Notes: generated by a model from the letters alone, not told the origin. A DNA stretch of 64,000 nucleotides from Escherichia coli (GCF_024502345.1 NZ_JALDNN010000001.1), one strand, 5' to 3'; positions 22,970 through 34,950 are shown, numbered from the stretch's first letter. Program-made: numbers and translations.

Positions 22970-24823
22970 ATGAGACGATTTCTGACGACGCTGATGATAC
23001 TCCTGGTCGTGCTGGTGGCCGGGTTATCTGCGTTAGTGTTGCTGGTGAATCCGAATGATTTCCGCGACTATATGGTCAAGCAAGTTGCTGCACGTAGCGG
23101 TTATCAATTGCAGCTCGACGGGCCACTGCGTTGGCACGTCTGGCCGCAGCTTAGTATCCTCTCCGGGCGAATGTCTCTCACCGCCCAGGGCGCAAGCCAG
23201 CCACTGGTTCGCGCCGACAACATGCGTCTGGACGTGGCGCTTTTACCACTACTGAGTCATCAACTGAGCGTTAAGCAGGTGATGCTAAAAGGGGCAGTGA
23301 TCCAACTGACGCCGCAGACGGAAGCGGTGCGCAGTGAAGACGCTCCGGTTGCACCGCGCGACAATACCTTGCCGGATCTGTCAGACGATCGCGGATGGTC
23401 GTTTGATATATCCAGTCTTAAGGTGGCGGACAGCGTGCTGGTGTTCCAGCATGAAGATGACGAGCAGGTGACAATCCGCAATATTCGCCTGCAAATGGAA
23501 CAAGATCCCCAACATCGTGGTTCATTTGAGTTCTCCGGGAGGGTTAATCGCGATCAGCGCGATCTCACGATATCCCTTAACGGTACGGTAGATGCTTCTG
23601 ATTATCCGCATGATTTAACGGCGGCTATTGAACAAATTAACTGGCAGTTGCAGGGTGCAGATTTACCAAAACAAGGTATTCATGGGCAGGGGAGTTTCCA
23701 GGCCCAGTGGCAGGAGTCACATAAACGCCTTTCATTTAACCAAATCAGCTTGACCGCCAATGACAGCACGCTGAGCGGGCAAGCACAGGTCACGCTGACA
23801 GAGAAACCTGAATGGCAGCTGAGACTGCAATTCCCGCAACTGAATCTTGACAACCTCATCCCGCTTAATGAAACCGCTAATGGTGAAAACGGTGCCGCGC
23901 AGCAGGGGCAGAGCCAATCAACGTTGCCGCGCCCGGTTATTTCTTCGCGTATTGATGAACCGGCCTATCAGGGACTGCAAGGCTTTACGGCTGATATTTT
24001 GTTGCAGGCCAGTAACGTGCGCTGGCGCGGAATGAATTTTACAGATGTTGCCACGCAAATGACCAACAAGTCGGGTTTGCTGGAAATTACTCAACTGCAG
24101 GGCAAGCTTAACGGTGGACAGGTTTCACTGCCGGGCACGCTGGACGCGACATCAATAAATCCGCGGATAAACTTCCAGCCACGGCTGGAGAACGTTGAGA
24201 TTGGTACCATTCTGAAGGCGTTTAACTATCCGATTTCGTTGACCGGAAAGATGTCACTGGCTGGTGATTTCTCCGGTGCTGACATAGATGCCGACGCATT
24301 CCGCCACAACTGGCAAGGACAGGCACATGTCGAAATGACCGACACGCGCATGGAAGGGATGAACTTCCAGCAGATGATTCAGCAAGCGGTAGAACGTAAT
24401 GGTGGTGATGTGAAGGCCGCTGAAAACTTCGATAACGTAACGCGTCTTGACCGCTTTACCACCGATTTGACGTTGAAGGATGGCGTCGTGACGTTAAACG
24501 ACATGCAAGGTCAATCGCCTGTGCTGGCGCTGACAGGGGAAGGCATGTTGAATCTGGCAGATCAAACCTGCGACACCCAGTTTGATATTCGGGTCGTGGG
24601 TGGCTGGAGCGGGGAAAGCAAACTGATTGATTTCCTCAAAGAAACGCCAGTACCGCTGCGGGTTTATGGCAACTGGCAGCAACTCAATTACAGCCTGCAG
24701 GTGGATCAGTTACTGCGCAAACATCTACAGGACGAAGCGAAACGTCGCCTGAATGACTGGGCCGAGCGGAATAAAGATTCCCGCAATGGCAAAGATGTGA
24801 AGAAGTTGCTGGAGAAGATGTAG
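22970..24823 (+). CDS. asmA: Outer membrane assembly protein AsmA
   Basis: 617-aa ORF with N-terminal signal/anchor (MRRFLTTLMILLVVLVAGLSALVLL). Confidence 0.93.
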   Translation: MRRFLTTLMILLVVLVAGLSALVLLVNPNDFRDYMVKQVAARSGYQLQLDGPLRWHVWPQLSILSGRMSLTAQGASQPLVRADNMRLDVALLPLLSHQLSVKQVMLKGAVIQLTPQTEAVRSEDAPVAPRDNTLPDLSDDRGWSFDISSLKVADSVLVFQHEDDEQVTIRNIRLQMEQDPQHRGSFEFSGRVNRDQRDLTISLNGTVDASDYPHDLTAAIEQINWQLQGADLPKQGIHGQGSFQAQWQESHKRLSFNQISLTANDSTLSGQAQVTLTEKPEWQLRLQFPQLNLDNLIPLNETANGENGAAQQGQSQSTLPRPVISSRIDEPAYQGLQGFTADILLQASNVRWRGMNFTDVATQMTNKSGLLEITQLQGKLNGGQVSLPGTLDATSINPRINFQPRLENVEIGTILKAFNYPISLTGKMSLAGDFSGADIDADAFRHNWQGQAHVEMTDTRMEGMNFQQMIQQAVERNGGDVKAAENFDNVTRLDRFTTDLTLKDGVVTLNDMQGQSPVLALTGEGMLNLADQTCDTQFDIRVVGGWSGESKLIDFLKETPVPLRVYGNWQQLNYSLQVDQLLRKHLQDEAKRRLNDWAERNKDSRNGKDVKKLLEKM

Positions 24824-24840
24824 GTTACCAGGTGACCAGT

Positions 24841-24885
24841 CCTGTAGGCCTGATAAGACGCGTAAAGCGTCGCATCAGGCGTTCG
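24841..24885. repeat. REP element downstream of asmA
   Basis: gtaggcctgataagacgcgtaaagcgtcgcatcaggcg. Confidence 0.75.
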
Positions 24886-25115
24886 TGGCGGCATCATTAT
24901 ATTCTGAATATGTAAGATCGAAGGCTGTTCCGTTCACTTGATGTTCCTCGCTACTATGGAACGCTCAAGCCGGTGAACGTGCCATGGTGGCTCAATCTCC
25001 ACCACCCTGGCAACCCGGGCCCACACCCCCGCTGTGATGTCCGTTTACCACAGACAACGCTTCATTGCTGAAGTTATAAGGCGTTACGCAGCATCGGGTA
25101 AAATGACCGATACCA

Positions 25116-26699
25116 TCACACCTCGTACTCCATCTCGCCATCCTTACGCAGCGGTATAATCTGCACCTTCTGCACGCGATGGCTTTCTACCTGCAACGTT
25201 TTAAGCAAATAATCCCCCACCTGAACTTCTTCGCCAGGTTTTGGAATACGCTGCAAATACTCCATCAACAGCCCGGCAATGGTGTGATATTCACGTTTTT
25301 CATCCAGCGGCAGCGGCACATATTGCACCAGATCCTCCAGCGGCATATGACCATTCGCCGTCCAGGAACCGTCCGCATTTTTCTGAATATCATGGCGGGC
25401 GTCGATCTCTTCCACTTCGTTCGGTAAGTTACCGGCAATGGTTTCAGTGACGTCACTTAATGTCACAATCCCTTCCACCGAGCCAAACTCATCCACTACA
25501 AAAGCAAAGTGCGTGCGGGCATTACGGAACTGCTCCAGGGCAGGTAACAACGGCAAGGTTTCCGGGAACACCAGCGGCTGGCGAATCAACACCCGCAGGT
25601 TGAGCGGTTCGCCGCGCAGTGACTGTTGTAGCAGGTCGATAACGTGAACAACACCGAGCAAATCTTCTGCGTCATCACCGTCGGTAACCACCAGCCGCGT
25701 ATGCTGATTTCGCTCCAGTAACTGGCGGATCTCGTCTTCCGGCGCGTTGAGATCGATATGCTCAATATCGTGGCGCGACGTCATAATGCTGCTGACGGTA
25801 CGCTGGTTAAGATTTAGTACCCGCTCAATCATCCGCCGTTCCTGCGGATTAAAGATCTGCTGGTTACCATGATCCACCAGCATGGACGCGGTTTCGGCGT
25901 CCAGTTCCGCATCTTCTTTTTGCCCGCTAAGCAGGCGCATTACCGCTTCGGTAGTCCGCTGGCGTAGCGTCTGGTTAGCGGAAAGAAAACGTCGCCGGTT
26001 AAAGATAGCCAACTGATTGAGCGCCTCGATCATCACCGAGAAACCAATGGCAGCGTACAGGTAGCCTTTCGGAATGACGAAGCCGAAACCTTCTGCCACC
26101 AGGCTAAAGCCAATCATCAACAGGAAGCTTAAGCAGAGAATAACGATGGTCGGGTGACTGTTAACAAATTGCGTTAACGGCTTGCTGGCCATCAACATCA
26201 GGCTGATAGCGATAACCACGGCGGCCATCATGACCAGTAAATGGTCGACCATCCCGACGGCGGTAATCACTGAGTCGAGTGAGAAAATGGCGTCCAGTAC
26301 CACAATTTGCGTCACCACGCCCCAGAACTTCGCACCTTTGCGTTGTGTGGGATTATTGCTGTCTTTCCCTTCCAGCCGTTCGTTCAGCTCCATCGTGGCT
26401 TTGAACAACAGGAATAAACCACCAAACAGCATGATTAAGTCGCGGGCGCTAAAGGTAAACGAGCGGAAGCTGAACAGCGGTTGAGTCAGGGTGACCAGCC
26501 AGGAGATTGACGCCAGCAGTAACAGGCGCATTAACATTGCCAGCAGCAGCCCGGTAACCCGTGCGCGGTCACGCTGCTTCGGCGGTAGTTTTTCGGCGAG
26601 GATGGCAATAAAGACCAGGTTATCAATGCCGAGGACCAGTTCGATCACAATCAGCGTGATTAACCCGGCCCAGATAGACGGATCGGCAATCCATTCCAT
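25116..26699 (-). CDS. yegH: Inner membrane protein YegH (TerC-family membrane domain plus CBS/CorC domains)
   Basis: Start set at [18 protein letters not shown] (527 aa); the track ORF has a 22-codon upstream extension I discount. Confidence 0.9.
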   Translation of the reverse strand: MEWIADPSIWAGLITLIVIELVLGIDNLVFIAILAEKLPPKQRDRARVTGLLLAMLMRLLLLASISWLVTLTQPLFSFRSFTFSARDLIMLFGGLFLLFKATMELNERLEGKDSNNPTQRKGAKFWGVVTQIVVLDAIFSLDSVITAVGMVDHLLVMMAAVVIAISLMLMASKPLTQFVNSHPTIVILCLSFLLMIGFSLVAEGFGFVIPKGYLYAAIGFSVMIEALNQLAIFNRRRFLSANQTLRQRTTEAVMRLLSGQKEDAELDAETASMLVDHGNQQIFNPQERRMIERVLNLNQRTVSSIMTSRHDIEHIDLNAPEDEIRQLLERNQHTRLVVTDGDDAEDLLGVVHVIDLLQQSLRGEPLNLRVLIRQPLVFPETLPLLPALEQFRNARTHFAFVVDEFGSVEGIVTLSDVTETIAGNLPNEVEEIDARHDIQKNADGSWTANGHMPLEDLVQYVPLPLDEKREYHTIAGLLMEYLQRIPKPGEEVQVGDYLLKTLQVESHRVQKVQIIPLRKDGEMEYEV

Positions 26700-27139
26700 A
26701 GTAAGTACAAAACCTATTCGTTGTATGACAAATGTCACAATTCGATCATGGATAAATCGGGGCAAAAATGCAATGTTGCAGCACTATTTATCTCATATTA
26801 TTTGAGGGTAATAACCTCACATTATCCCTGAATTAAAAGTGGTAATAATAAAACATTATTTAAGAAATATCGCATGTGGAGACACTATATTAAATATTGT
26901 CAACCTAAAGAAACTCCTAAAAACCATATTGAATGACACTTAATATAATTCTTAAAAATAGCCAATTACCGAATTGTTATCTTGCCTGCTATTCCGTTAG
27001 CTGTAACACTTCCTCCTGCATTATTGGAAAGCCAATATTCAATTACCATAATGTCACCTTATATTCGGAAGTTAATTTCCGTAATAACCCTTTCTCATCA
27101 ACGACTGCATGCTGAGAGGGTGTGAAAAATTAAACTAAA

Positions 27140-27180
27140 TCAGTGTATTGGTAGCTAAAAAGCCAGGGGCGGTAGCGTGT
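27140..27180 (+). promoter_or_regulatory. JUMPstart element with ops site (GGCGGTAGCGTG at 27168..27179) in the wza leader
   Basis: ggtagctaaaaagccaggggcggtagcgtg matches the JUMPstart/ops (RfaH recruitment) consensus; lies about 180 bp upstream of wza. Confidence 0.85.
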
Positions 27181-27357
27181 CTGGATGCCTGAAAGACCAG
27201 TCTGAATTATTCTGTCAATAGCCTGCGGATGAAATCAATTTTTTTAGGACTGATGCCAGTTAAATTTTTATTCAATTAACTGCAAGGTAAATGTGCATGG
27301 CGACATTGCTATTAATAGTGCACAGGATAATTACTCTGCCAAAGTGATAAATAAACA

Positions 27358-28497
27358 ATGATGAAATCCAAAATGAAATTGATGCCATTATTGGTGTCAG
27401 TAACCTTGATAAGCGGTTGCACAGTACTTCCGGGCAGCAATATGTCGACGATGGGCAAAGACGTCATCAAACAGCAGGACGCTGATTTCGATCTCGACAA
27501 AATGGTGAATGTTTATCCGCTGACCCCGCGCCTGATTGACCAATTACGCCCACGCCCGAATGTAGCGCGCCCCAATATGACGCTGGAAAGTGAGATCGCG
27601 AATTACCAGTATCGCGTCGGGCCGGGGGACGTTCTTAATGTCACCGTCTGGGATCACCCGGAACTCACCACGCCAGCCGGTCAGTACCGCAGCTCCAGCG
27701 ACACCGGCAACTGGGTACAGCCTGACGGCACTATGTTTTACCCGTATATCGGCAAGGTCCACGTAGTCGGGAAAACGCTCGCTGAAATCCGCAGTGATAT
27801 TACCGGGCGCTTAGCGACGTACATCGCTGACCCGCAGGTGGACGTTAATATCGCCGCCTTCCGCTCACAAAAGGCCTATATCTCCGGTCAGGTGAATAAA
27901 TCCGGTCAACAGGCGATCACCAACGTGCCACTGACTATTCTCGACGCCATCAACGCCGCAGGTGGCCTGACCGACACCGCTGACTGGCGCAACGTGGTGT
28001 TAACACACAATGGTCGTGAAGAACGCATTTCTTTGCAGGCGCTGATGCAAAACGGCGACCTCAATCAGAACCGACTGCTTTATCCCGGCGATATTCTCTA
28101 CGTGCCGCGTAATGATGATCTGAAAGTGTTTGTGATGGGTGAAGTGAAGAAACAGAGCACCCTGAAAATGGACTTTAGCGGCATGACCCTGACTGAAGCC
28201 CTGGGCAATGCTGAAGGCATCGACATGACCACCTCCAACGCCAGCGGCATCTTTGTCATTCGTCCGCTGAAAGGCGAGGGCGGGCGTAACGGCAAGATTG
28301 CCAATATCTACCAGCTGGATATGTCCGATGCGACGTCGCTGGTGATGGCGACAGAATTCCGCCTGCAACCTTATGACGTGGTGTATGTCACCACCGCCCC
28401 GGTTTCCCGCTGGAACCGTCTGATCAATCAGTTGCTGCCAACTATTAGCGGTGTCCGTTACATGACGGATACAGCCAGCGACATTCATAACTGGTAA
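27358..28497 (+). CDS. wza: Colanic acid outer membrane export lipoprotein Wza
   Basis: 379-aa ORF with lipoprotein signal ([21 protein letters not shown]). Confidence 0.96.
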   Translation: MMKSKMKLMPLLVSVTLISGCTVLPGSNMSTMGKDVIKQQDADFDLDKMVNVYPLTPRLIDQLRPRPNVARPNMTLESEIANYQYRVGPGDVLNVTVWDHPELTTPAGQYRSSSDTGNWVQPDGTMFYPYIGKVHVVGKTLAEIRSDITGRLATYIADPQVDVNIAAFRSQKAYISGQVNKSGQQAITNVPLTILDAINAAGGLTDTADWRNVVLTHNGREERISLQALMQNGDLNQNRLLYPGDILYVPRNDDLKVFVMGEVKKQSTLKMDFSGMTLTEALGNAEGIDMTTSNASGIFVIRPLKGEGGRNGKIANIYQLDMSDATSLVMATEFRLQPYDVVYVTTAPVSRWNRLINQLLPTISGVRYMTDTASDIHNW

Positions 28498-28502
28498 TCG
28501 TC

Positions 28503-28946
28503 ATGTTTAACAACATCTTAGTTGTCTGTGTCGGCAATATTTGCCGTTCCCCGACGGCGGAACGCTTACTGCAACGTTATCACCCGGAGCTGAAAGTGGA
28601 GTCCGCTGGACTCGGCGCGCTGGTCGGTAAGGGCGCTGATCCTACCGCTATCAGCGTCGCCGCAGAACATCAACTGTCTCTGGAAGGTCACTGTGCACGG
28701 CAAATCAGCCGCCGCCTGTGTCGCAACTATGACCTGATTTTGACCATGGAAAAGCGCCATATCGAACGCTTATGCGAGATGGCACCTGAGATGCGCGGCA
28801 AAGTGATGCTGTTTGGTCACTGGGATAACGAATGTGAAATCCCCGATCCGTATCGCAAAAGCCGGGAAACGTTTGCAGCGGTGTACACATTACTTGAACG
28901 GTCTGCCCGCCAGTGGGCGCAGGCATTGAACGCAGAGCAGGTATAA
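28503..28946 (+). CDS. wzb: Low-molecular-weight protein-tyrosine phosphatase Wzb
   Basis: 147-aa ORF with CVGNICRSP motif. Confidence 0.96.
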   Translation: MFNNILVVCVGNICRSPTAERLLQRYHPELKVESAGLGALVGKGADPTAISVAAEHQLSLEGHCARQISRRLCRNYDLILTMEKRHIERLCEMAPEMRGKVMLFGHWDNECEIPDPYRKSRETFAAVYTLLERSARQWAQALNAEQV

Positions 28947-28948
28947 GA

Positions 28949-31111
28949 ATGACAGAAAAAGTAAAACAACATGCCGCTCCGGTAACGGGCAGTGATGAAA
29001 TCGATATTGGTCGCCTGGTCGGCACCGTCATTGAAGCGCGCTGGTGGGTGATTGGCATCACCGCTGTATTTGCCCTCTGTGCTGTGGTTTACACTTTCTT
29101 CGCCACGCCGATTTATAGTGCCGACGCACTGGTACAAATCGAACAAAACAGCGGCAATTCGTTAGTGCAGGACATTGGCTCGGCATTAGCCAACAAACCG
29201 CCTGCATCGGACGCCGAGATCCAGTTGATTCGTTCGCGTCTGGTGCTTGGTAAAACGGTGGACGATCTAGACCTCGATATTGCGGTGAGCAAAAACACGT
29301 TCCCGATTTTCGGTGCGGGTTGGGATCGCCTGATGGGACGTCAGAACGAGACGGTGAAAGTGACCACCTTTAACCGCCCGAAAGAGATGGCGGACCAGGT
29401 GTTTACGCTTAATGTGCTGGATGACAAAAACTACACTCTGAGCAGTGATGGCGGCTTTAGCGCCCGTGGGCAAGCGGGCCAGATGCTGAAAAAAGAAGGC
29501 GTCACGCTGATGGTTGAAGCCATTCACGCCCGCCCGGGCAGTGAGTTTACCGTCACCAAATACTCCACGTTGGGGATGATCAACCAACTGCAAAACAGCC
29601 TGACGGTAACGGAGAACGGCAAAGACGCAGGCGTACTGAGCCTGACTTATACCGGTGAAGATCGCGAACAGATCCGCGACATTCTTAACAGCATCGCCCG
29701 TAACTATCAGGAACAAAATATTGAGCGCAAATCGGCGGAAGCGTCGAAAAGCCTCGCTTTCCTCGCGCAACAGTTACCGGAAGTACGTAGCCGCCTCGAT
29801 GTTGCCGAAAACAAACTGAATGCCTTCCGTCAGGATAAAGATTCTGTTGATCTGCCGCTGGAAGCGAAAGCGGTGCTCGATTCGATGGTGAACATCGACG
29901 CGCAGTTGAACGAACTGACCTTTAAAGAGGCGGAAATCTCCAAGCTGTACACCAAAGTTCACCCCGCGTACCGCACGCTGCTGGAGAAACGTCAGGCGCT
30001 GGAAGACGAAAAAGCCAAACTTAATGGTCGCGTAACGGCGATGCCGAAAACCCAGCAGGAAATTGTCCGTCTGACCCGCGATGTCGAGTCTGGTCAGCAG
30101 GTCTATATGCAACTGCTGAATAAAGAGCAGGAGCTGAAAATCACCGAAGCCAGCACCGTCGGCGATGTGCGCATTGTTGACCCGGCAATCACCCAGCCAG
30201 GTGTACTGAAACCGAAGAAAGGGCTGATTATCCTTGGGGCGATTATTCTTGGCCTGATGCTCTCTATCGTGGGTGTGCTGCTGCGCTCGTTGTTTAATCG
30301 CGGCATCGAAAGCCCGCAGGTGCTGGAAGAACACGGTATCAGCGTCTATGCCAGCATCCCGTTGTCGGAATGGCAGAAAGCGCGCGATAGCGTCAAAACC
30401 ATCAAAGGGATTAAACGCTATAAACAGAGCCAGCTACTGGCGGTGGGGAATCCAACCGATCTGGCGATTGAAGCCATCCGTAGTCTGCGTACCAGTTTGC
30501 ACTTCGCGATGATGCAGGCGCAGAACAATGTGTTGATGATGACCGGGGTTAGCCCGTCAATCGGTAAAACCTTTGTCTGCGCCAACCTGGCGGCGGTGAT
30601 CAGCCAGACCAATAAACGCGTGTTGTTGATCGACTGCGATATGCGCAAAGGCTACACCCACGAGCTGTTGGGCACTAATAACGTTAATGGCCTGTCGGAA
30701 ATTCTGATTGGTCAGGGCGATATTACTACCGCTGCTAAACCGACCTCTATTGCCAAATTTGACCTGATCCCGCGCGGTCAGGTGCCGCCAAATCCTTCTG
30801 AACTGTTGATGAGCGAACGCTTTGCCGAACTGGTGAACTGGGCGAGTAAAAACTATGACCTGGTGTTGATTGATACGCCGCCGATTCTGGCAGTGACCGA
30901 TGCGGCAATTGTTGGTCGTCATGTTGGAACCACGTTAATGGTGGCGCGTTATGCGGTCAACACATTGAAAGAAGTGGAAACCAGTCTGAGCCGCTTTGAG
31001 CAAAACGGTATTCCGGTGAAAGGGGTGATTCTGAACTCCATCTTCCGCCGCGCCAGCGCGTATCAGGATTATGGCTATTACGAATACGAATATAAGTCGG
31101 ATGCGAAATAA
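28949..31111 (+). CDS. wzc: Tyrosine autokinase / polysaccharide co-polymerase Wzc
   Basis: Start set at MTEKVKQHAAPVTG (720 aa); Walker A GVSPSIGKT and C-terminal Tyr-rich tail YQDYGYYEYEYKSD. Confidence 0.95.
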   Translation: MTEKVKQHAAPVTGSDEIDIGRLVGTVIEARWWVIGITAVFALCAVVYTFFATPIYSADALVQIEQNSGNSLVQDIGSALANKPPASDAEIQLIRSRLVLGKTVDDLDLDIAVSKNTFPIFGAGWDRLMGRQNETVKVTTFNRPKEMADQVFTLNVLDDKNYTLSSDGGFSARGQAGQMLKKEGVTLMVEAIHARPGSEFTVTKYSTLGMINQLQNSLTVTENGKDAGVLSLTYTGEDREQIRDILNSIARNYQEQNIERKSAEASKSLAFLAQQLPEVRSRLDVAENKLNAFRQDKDSVDLPLEAKAVLDSMVNIDAQLNELTFKEAEISKLYTKVHPAYRTLLEKRQALEDEKAKLNGRVTAMPKTQQEIVRLTRDVESGQQVYMQLLNKEQELKITEASTVGDVRIVDPAITQPGVLKPKKGLIILGAIILGLMLSIVGVLLRSLFNRGIESPQVLEEHGISVYASIPLSEWQKARDSVKTIKGIKRYKQSQLLAVGNPTDLAIEAIRSLRTSLHFAMMQAQNNVLMMTGVSPSIGKTFVCANLAAVISQTNKRVLLIDCDMRKGYTHELLGTNNVNGLSEILIGQGDITTAAKPTSIAKFDLIPRGQVPPNPSELLMSERFAELVNWASKNYDLVLIDTPPILAVTDAAIVGRHVGTTLMVARYAVNTLKEVETSLSRFEQNGIPVKGVILNSIFRRASAYQDYGYYEYEYKSDAK

Positions 31112-31134
31112 CGACGCCTGCATTCGCACCGCCC

Positions 31135-31170
31135 CGTAGGCCGGATAAGGCGCTCACGCCGCATCCGGCA
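31135..31170. repeat. REP element between wzc and wcaA
   Basis: gtaggccggataaggcgctcacgccgcatccggca. Confidence 0.75.
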
Positions 31171-31203
31171 AGCAAACCAGCTCATAAGCCGGGAGAACAA
31201 CCT

Positions 31204-32043
31204 ATGAAAGATAATCCGCTGATCTCAATCTATATGCCAACCTGGAACCGCCAACAACTGGCGATTCGGGCGATAAAATCGGTCCTGCGCCAGGACTACA
31301 GCAACTGGGAGATGATCATCGTGGATGATTGCTCCACCTCCTGGGAACAACTGCAACAGTACGTCACCGCCCTCAACGATCCGCGTATCACTTACATCCA
31401 CAACGATATTAACAGCGGGGCGTGCGCGGTACGTAACCAGGCTATTATGCTGGCGCAAGGGGAATACATTACCGGGATCGATGACGATGACGAATGGACA
31501 CCCAACCGCCTGAGCGTCTTCCTCGCCCATAAACAGCAACTGGTCACTCACGCCTTTTTGTACGCTAACGACTACGTATGCCAGGGAGAAGTTTATTCCC
31601 AACCAGCAAGCTTACCACTGTATCCCAAATCGCCGTACTCACGCCGCCTGTTCTATAAACGCAATATCATTGGCAATCAGGTTTTTACCTGGGCGTGGCG
31701 TTTCAAAGAGTGCTTGTTCGATACCGAACTGAAAGCAGCACAGGATTACGACATCTTCCTGCGGATGGTGGTGGAGTATGGCGAACCGTGGAAAGTGGAA
31801 GAGGCGACGCAGATCCTGCATATCAATCACGGTGAAATGCAGATCACCTCGTCACCGAAAAAATTCTCCGGGTACTTCCACTTTTACCGCAAGCACAAAG
31901 ATAAATTTGACCGTGCAAGCAAAAAATATCAGCTGTTTACCCTCTACCAGATCCGCAATAAACGTATGACCTGGCGCACTTTGCTGACGCTGCTGTCGGT
32001 GCGTAACGGCAAACGTCTGGCTGATGGTATTCGGGGGCGCTAA
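31204..32043 (+). CDS. wcaA: Colanic acid glycosyltransferase WcaA (GT2)
   Basis: 279-aa ORF, ISIYMPTWNR...DDCS GT2 signature. Confidence 0.93.
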   Translation: MKDNPLISIYMPTWNRQQLAIRAIKSVLRQDYSNWEMIIVDDCSTSWEQLQQYVTALNDPRITYIHNDINSGACAVRNQAIMLAQGEYITGIDDDDEWTPNRLSVFLAHKQQLVTHAFLYANDYVCQGEVYSQPASLPLYPKSPYSRRLFYKRNIIGNQVFTWAWRFKECLFDTELKAAQDYDIFLRMVVEYGEPWKVEEATQILHINHGEMQITSSPKKFSGYFHFYRKHKDKFDRASKKYQLFTLYQIRNKRMTWRTLLTLLSVRNGKRLADGIRGR

Positions 32044-32045
32044 AG

Positions 32046-32534
32046 ATGCTGGAAGATCTGCGTGCCAACAGCTGGAGTTTACGCCCGTGCTGCATGGTTC
32101 TTGCCTATCGTGTTGCTCATTTTTGTTCGGTGTGGCGCAAAAAGAACGTCCTCAACAATCTGTGGGCGGCCCCGCTGCTGGTGCTGTATCGCATTATCAC
32201 CGAATGCTTTTTCGGTTATGAAATCCAGGCCGCCGCGACCATTGGCCGCCGCTTTACTATCCATCACGGTTACGCCGTAGTGATCAATAAAAACGTGGTA
32301 GCGGGGGATGATTTCACCATTCGCCACGGCGTCACTATCGGCAATCGTGGTGCCGATAACATGGCATGTCCACACATTGGCAACGGCGTCGAACTCGGTG
32401 CCAACGTCATTATTCTTGGTGATATCACGCTTGGTAACAACGTCACCGTGGGCGCGGGCAGCGTGGTGCTCGACTCTGTCCCGGACAACGCGCTGGTGGT
32501 GGGAGAAAAAGCGCGAGTGAAGGTAATTAAATGA
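32046..32534 (+). CDS. wcaB: Colanic acid acetyltransferase WcaB (hexapeptide repeat)
   Basis: 162-aa ORF with left-handed beta-helix hexapeptide repeats. Confidence 0.93.
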   Translation: MLEDLRANSWSLRPCCMVLAYRVAHFCSVWRKKNVLNNLWAAPLLVLYRIITECFFGYEIQAAATIGRRFTIHHGYAVVINKNVVAGDDFTIRHGVTIGNRGADNMACPHIGNGVELGANVIILGDITLGNNVTVGAGSVVLDSVPDNALVVGEKARVKVIK

Positions 32535-33748
32535 ATATTCTGCAATTTAATGTGCGACTGGCGGAAGGCGGGGCGGCAGGTGTGGCGTTAGATCTCCATC
32601 AGCGTGCGCTGCAACAGGGGCTGGCGTCACATTTTGTCTACGGCTACGGCAAAGGCGGCAAAGAGAGCGTCAGCCATCAGAACTATCCGCAGGTCATCAA
32701 ACATACGCCGCGGATGACCGCGATGGCGAACATTGCGTTGTTTCGTCTGTTTAATCGCGATCTGTTCGGCAATTTCAATGAGTTATATCGCACCATTACT
32801 CGCACCCCGGGGCCGGTGGTTCTGCATTTTCATGTGCTGCACAGCTACTGGCTAAATCTTAAGAGCGTGGTGCGCTTTTGCGAAAAGGTGAAAAACCATA
32901 AACCGGATGTCACTCTGGTCTGGACGCTGCACGACCACTGGAGCGTTACCGGGCGCTGCGCCTTTACCGACGGTTGTGAAGGCTGGAAAACGGGCTGCCA
33001 GAAATGCCCGACCTTAAATAACTATCCGCCGGTGAAGATTGATCGCGCACACCAACTGGTGGCGGGCAAACGCCAGTTATTTCGTGAGATGCTGGCGCTG
33101 GGCTGTCAGTTTATTTCCCCCAGCCAGCATGTGGCTGACGCTTTCAATAGTCTGTACGGGCCAGGGCGTTGCCGGATTATCAATAATGGTATTGATATGG
33201 CAACCGAAGCGATTCTGGCGGACTTGCCTCCGGTGCGCGAAACCCAGGGCAAGCCGAAAATCGCGGTGGTGGCGCATGACCTGCGTTACGACGGCAAAAC
33301 TAACCAGCAACTGGTGCGTGAGATGATGGCGCTGGGCGACAAAATCGAACTGCATACCTTTGGTAAGTTCTCGCCGTTCACCGCTGGTAACGTGGTTAAT
33401 CACGGCTTTGAAACCGACAAACGTAAGCTGATGAGCGCGCTCAATCAGATGGATGCGCTGGTATTCAGTTCTCGCGTCGATAACTACCCGCTGATTTTGT
33501 GTGAGGCGCTATCGATTGGCGTGCCGGTGATTGCCACCCATAGCGATGCGGCGCGTGAAGTGCTGCAAAAATCCGGCGGTAAAACCGTCAGTGAAGAAGA
33601 GGTGCTGCAACTAGTGCAGTTAAGCAAACCGGAAATCGCGCAGGCGATATTTGGTACCACGCTGGCTGAGTTCAGCCAACGCAGCCGCGCCGCCTACAGT
33701 GGACAACAGATGCTGGAGGAGTATGTCAACTTCTATCAGAATCTGTAG
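32531..33748 (+). CDS. wcaC: Colanic acid glycosyltransferase WcaC (GT4)
   Basis: 405-aa ORF, 4-bp overlap with wcaB. Confidence 0.93.
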   Translation: MNILQFNVRLAEGGAAGVALDLHQRALQQGLASHFVYGYGKGGKESVSHQNYPQVIKHTPRMTAMANIALFRLFNRDLFGNFNELYRTITRTPGPVVLHFHVLHSYWLNLKSVVRFCEKVKNHKPDVTLVWTLHDHWSVTGRCAFTDGCEGWKTGCQKCPTLNNYPPVKIDRAHQLVAGKRQLFREMLALGCQFISPSQHVADAFNSLYGPGRCRIINNGIDMATEAILADLPPVRETQGKPKIAVVAHDLRYDGKTNQQLVREMMALGDKIELHTFGKFSPFTAGNVVNHGFETDKRKLMSALNQMDALVFSSRVDNYPLILCEALSIGVPVIATHSDAAREVLQKSGGKTVSEEEVLQLVQLSKPEIAQAIFGTTLAEFSQRSRAAYSGQQMLEEYVNFYQNL

Positions 33749-34940
33749 CTACCTGCTGCTGCCGCTGATCTACCTGCTGGTTAACGTCAAAATCGCCCAG
33801 CTTGGCGAAAGTTTCCCCATCACTATCGTCACTTTTTTACCTGTCTTGTTACTGCTGTTTTTAGAACGCATCAGCGTTAAAAAATTGATGATTGCCTTAG
33901 GGATTGGTGCGGGACTCACGGCGTTTAACTACCTGTTTGGTCAGTCGCTGGATGCCGGTAAATACGTCACTTCAACCATGCTGTTTGTCTATATTGTGAT
34001 CATTATTGGCATGGTGTGGAGTATTCGTTTTAAAACAATTTCGCCACACAACCATCGCAAGATATTACGTTTCTTTTATCTGGTGGTCGGGCTGGTGGTG
34101 GCGCTGGCGGCGGTGGAGATGGCGCAAATTATCCTCACCGGCGGCAGCAGTATTATGGAGTCGATTTCGAAATATCTGATTTACAGCAACAGCTATGTGC
34201 TGAATTTCATCAAATTCGGCGGCAAGCGCACGACAGCACTTTATTTCGAACCGGCATTTTTCGCTCTGGCATTAATCTCAATTTGGCTCAGCATCAAACA
34301 GTTTGGTATCAAAACGCCTAAAACCGATGCTATGATTCTCGCAGGGATAATATTATCCGGATCGTTTTCAGGGGTTATGACCTTTATCCTGTTTTATTTG
34401 CTGGAGTGGGCATTTCAATATCTGAATAAAGAGGCGATTAAGAAAAAGTTACCGTTGGCATTGATTTCTCTGGCTGTATTCCTGGTTGGTGTGGTAATCG
34501 CGTTTCCTTATATTTCCACCCGTCTGGGCGATTTAGGTACGGAAGGATCGTCATCGTATTATCGTATTGTCGGTCCGCTGGTGATGGTCGGTTATTCTTT
34601 GACCCATATTGACGGTGTAGTCAGATTTGGCTCACTTTATGAATATGTCGCATCATTCGGAATATTTAACGGTGCGGATGTCGGAAAAACCATAGACAAT
34701 GGTTTGTATCTGCTGATTATTTATTTTTCCTGGTTCGCGGTGTTTTTATCGCTGTGGTACATGGGGGAAGTGATAAAAATGATGATCAACGCTTTTGGTG
34801 ATAACCGCAATTTTCGCGTGCAATTATATCTTTTTACTCCGGTATCGCTGTTTTTTACCGGTTCGATATTTAGCCCGGAATATGCATTTTTAATCGTCTG
34901 TCCGTTTATTTTGCGAAAAGCGTTAAATATTACGAGGTAA
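33723..34940 (+). CDS. wcaD: Putative colanic acid polymerase WcaD (multi-TM)
   Basis: Start set at [21 protein letters not shown] (405 aa); overlaps the wcaC 3' end by 26 nt. Confidence 0.9.
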   Translation: MSTSIRICSYLLLPLIYLLVNVKIAQLGESFPITIVTFLPVLLLLFLERISVKKLMIALGIGAGLTAFNYLFGQSLDAGKYVTSTMLFVYIVIIIGMVWSIRFKTISPHNHRKILRFFYLVVGLVVALAAVEMAQIILTGGSSIMESISKYLIYSNSYVLNFIKFGGKRTTALYFEPAFFALALISIWLSIKQFGIKTPKTDAMILAGIILSGSFSGVMTFILFYLLEWAFQYLNKEAIKKKLPLALISLAVFLVGVVIAFPYISTRLGDLGTEGSSSYYRIVGPLVMVGYSLTHIDGVVRFGSLYEYVASFGIFNGADVGKTIDNGLYLLIIYFSWFAVFLSLWYMGEVIKMMINAFGDNRNFRVQLYLFTPVSLFFTGSIFSPEYAFLIVCPFILRKALNITR

Positions 34941-34950
34941 GAATAAGAAC

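Noticed and set aside
26860-26960. RcsAB box upstream of wza
   Set aside because: Only a weak partial match (taatataattctta) to the consensus I recall; not strong enough to annotate.
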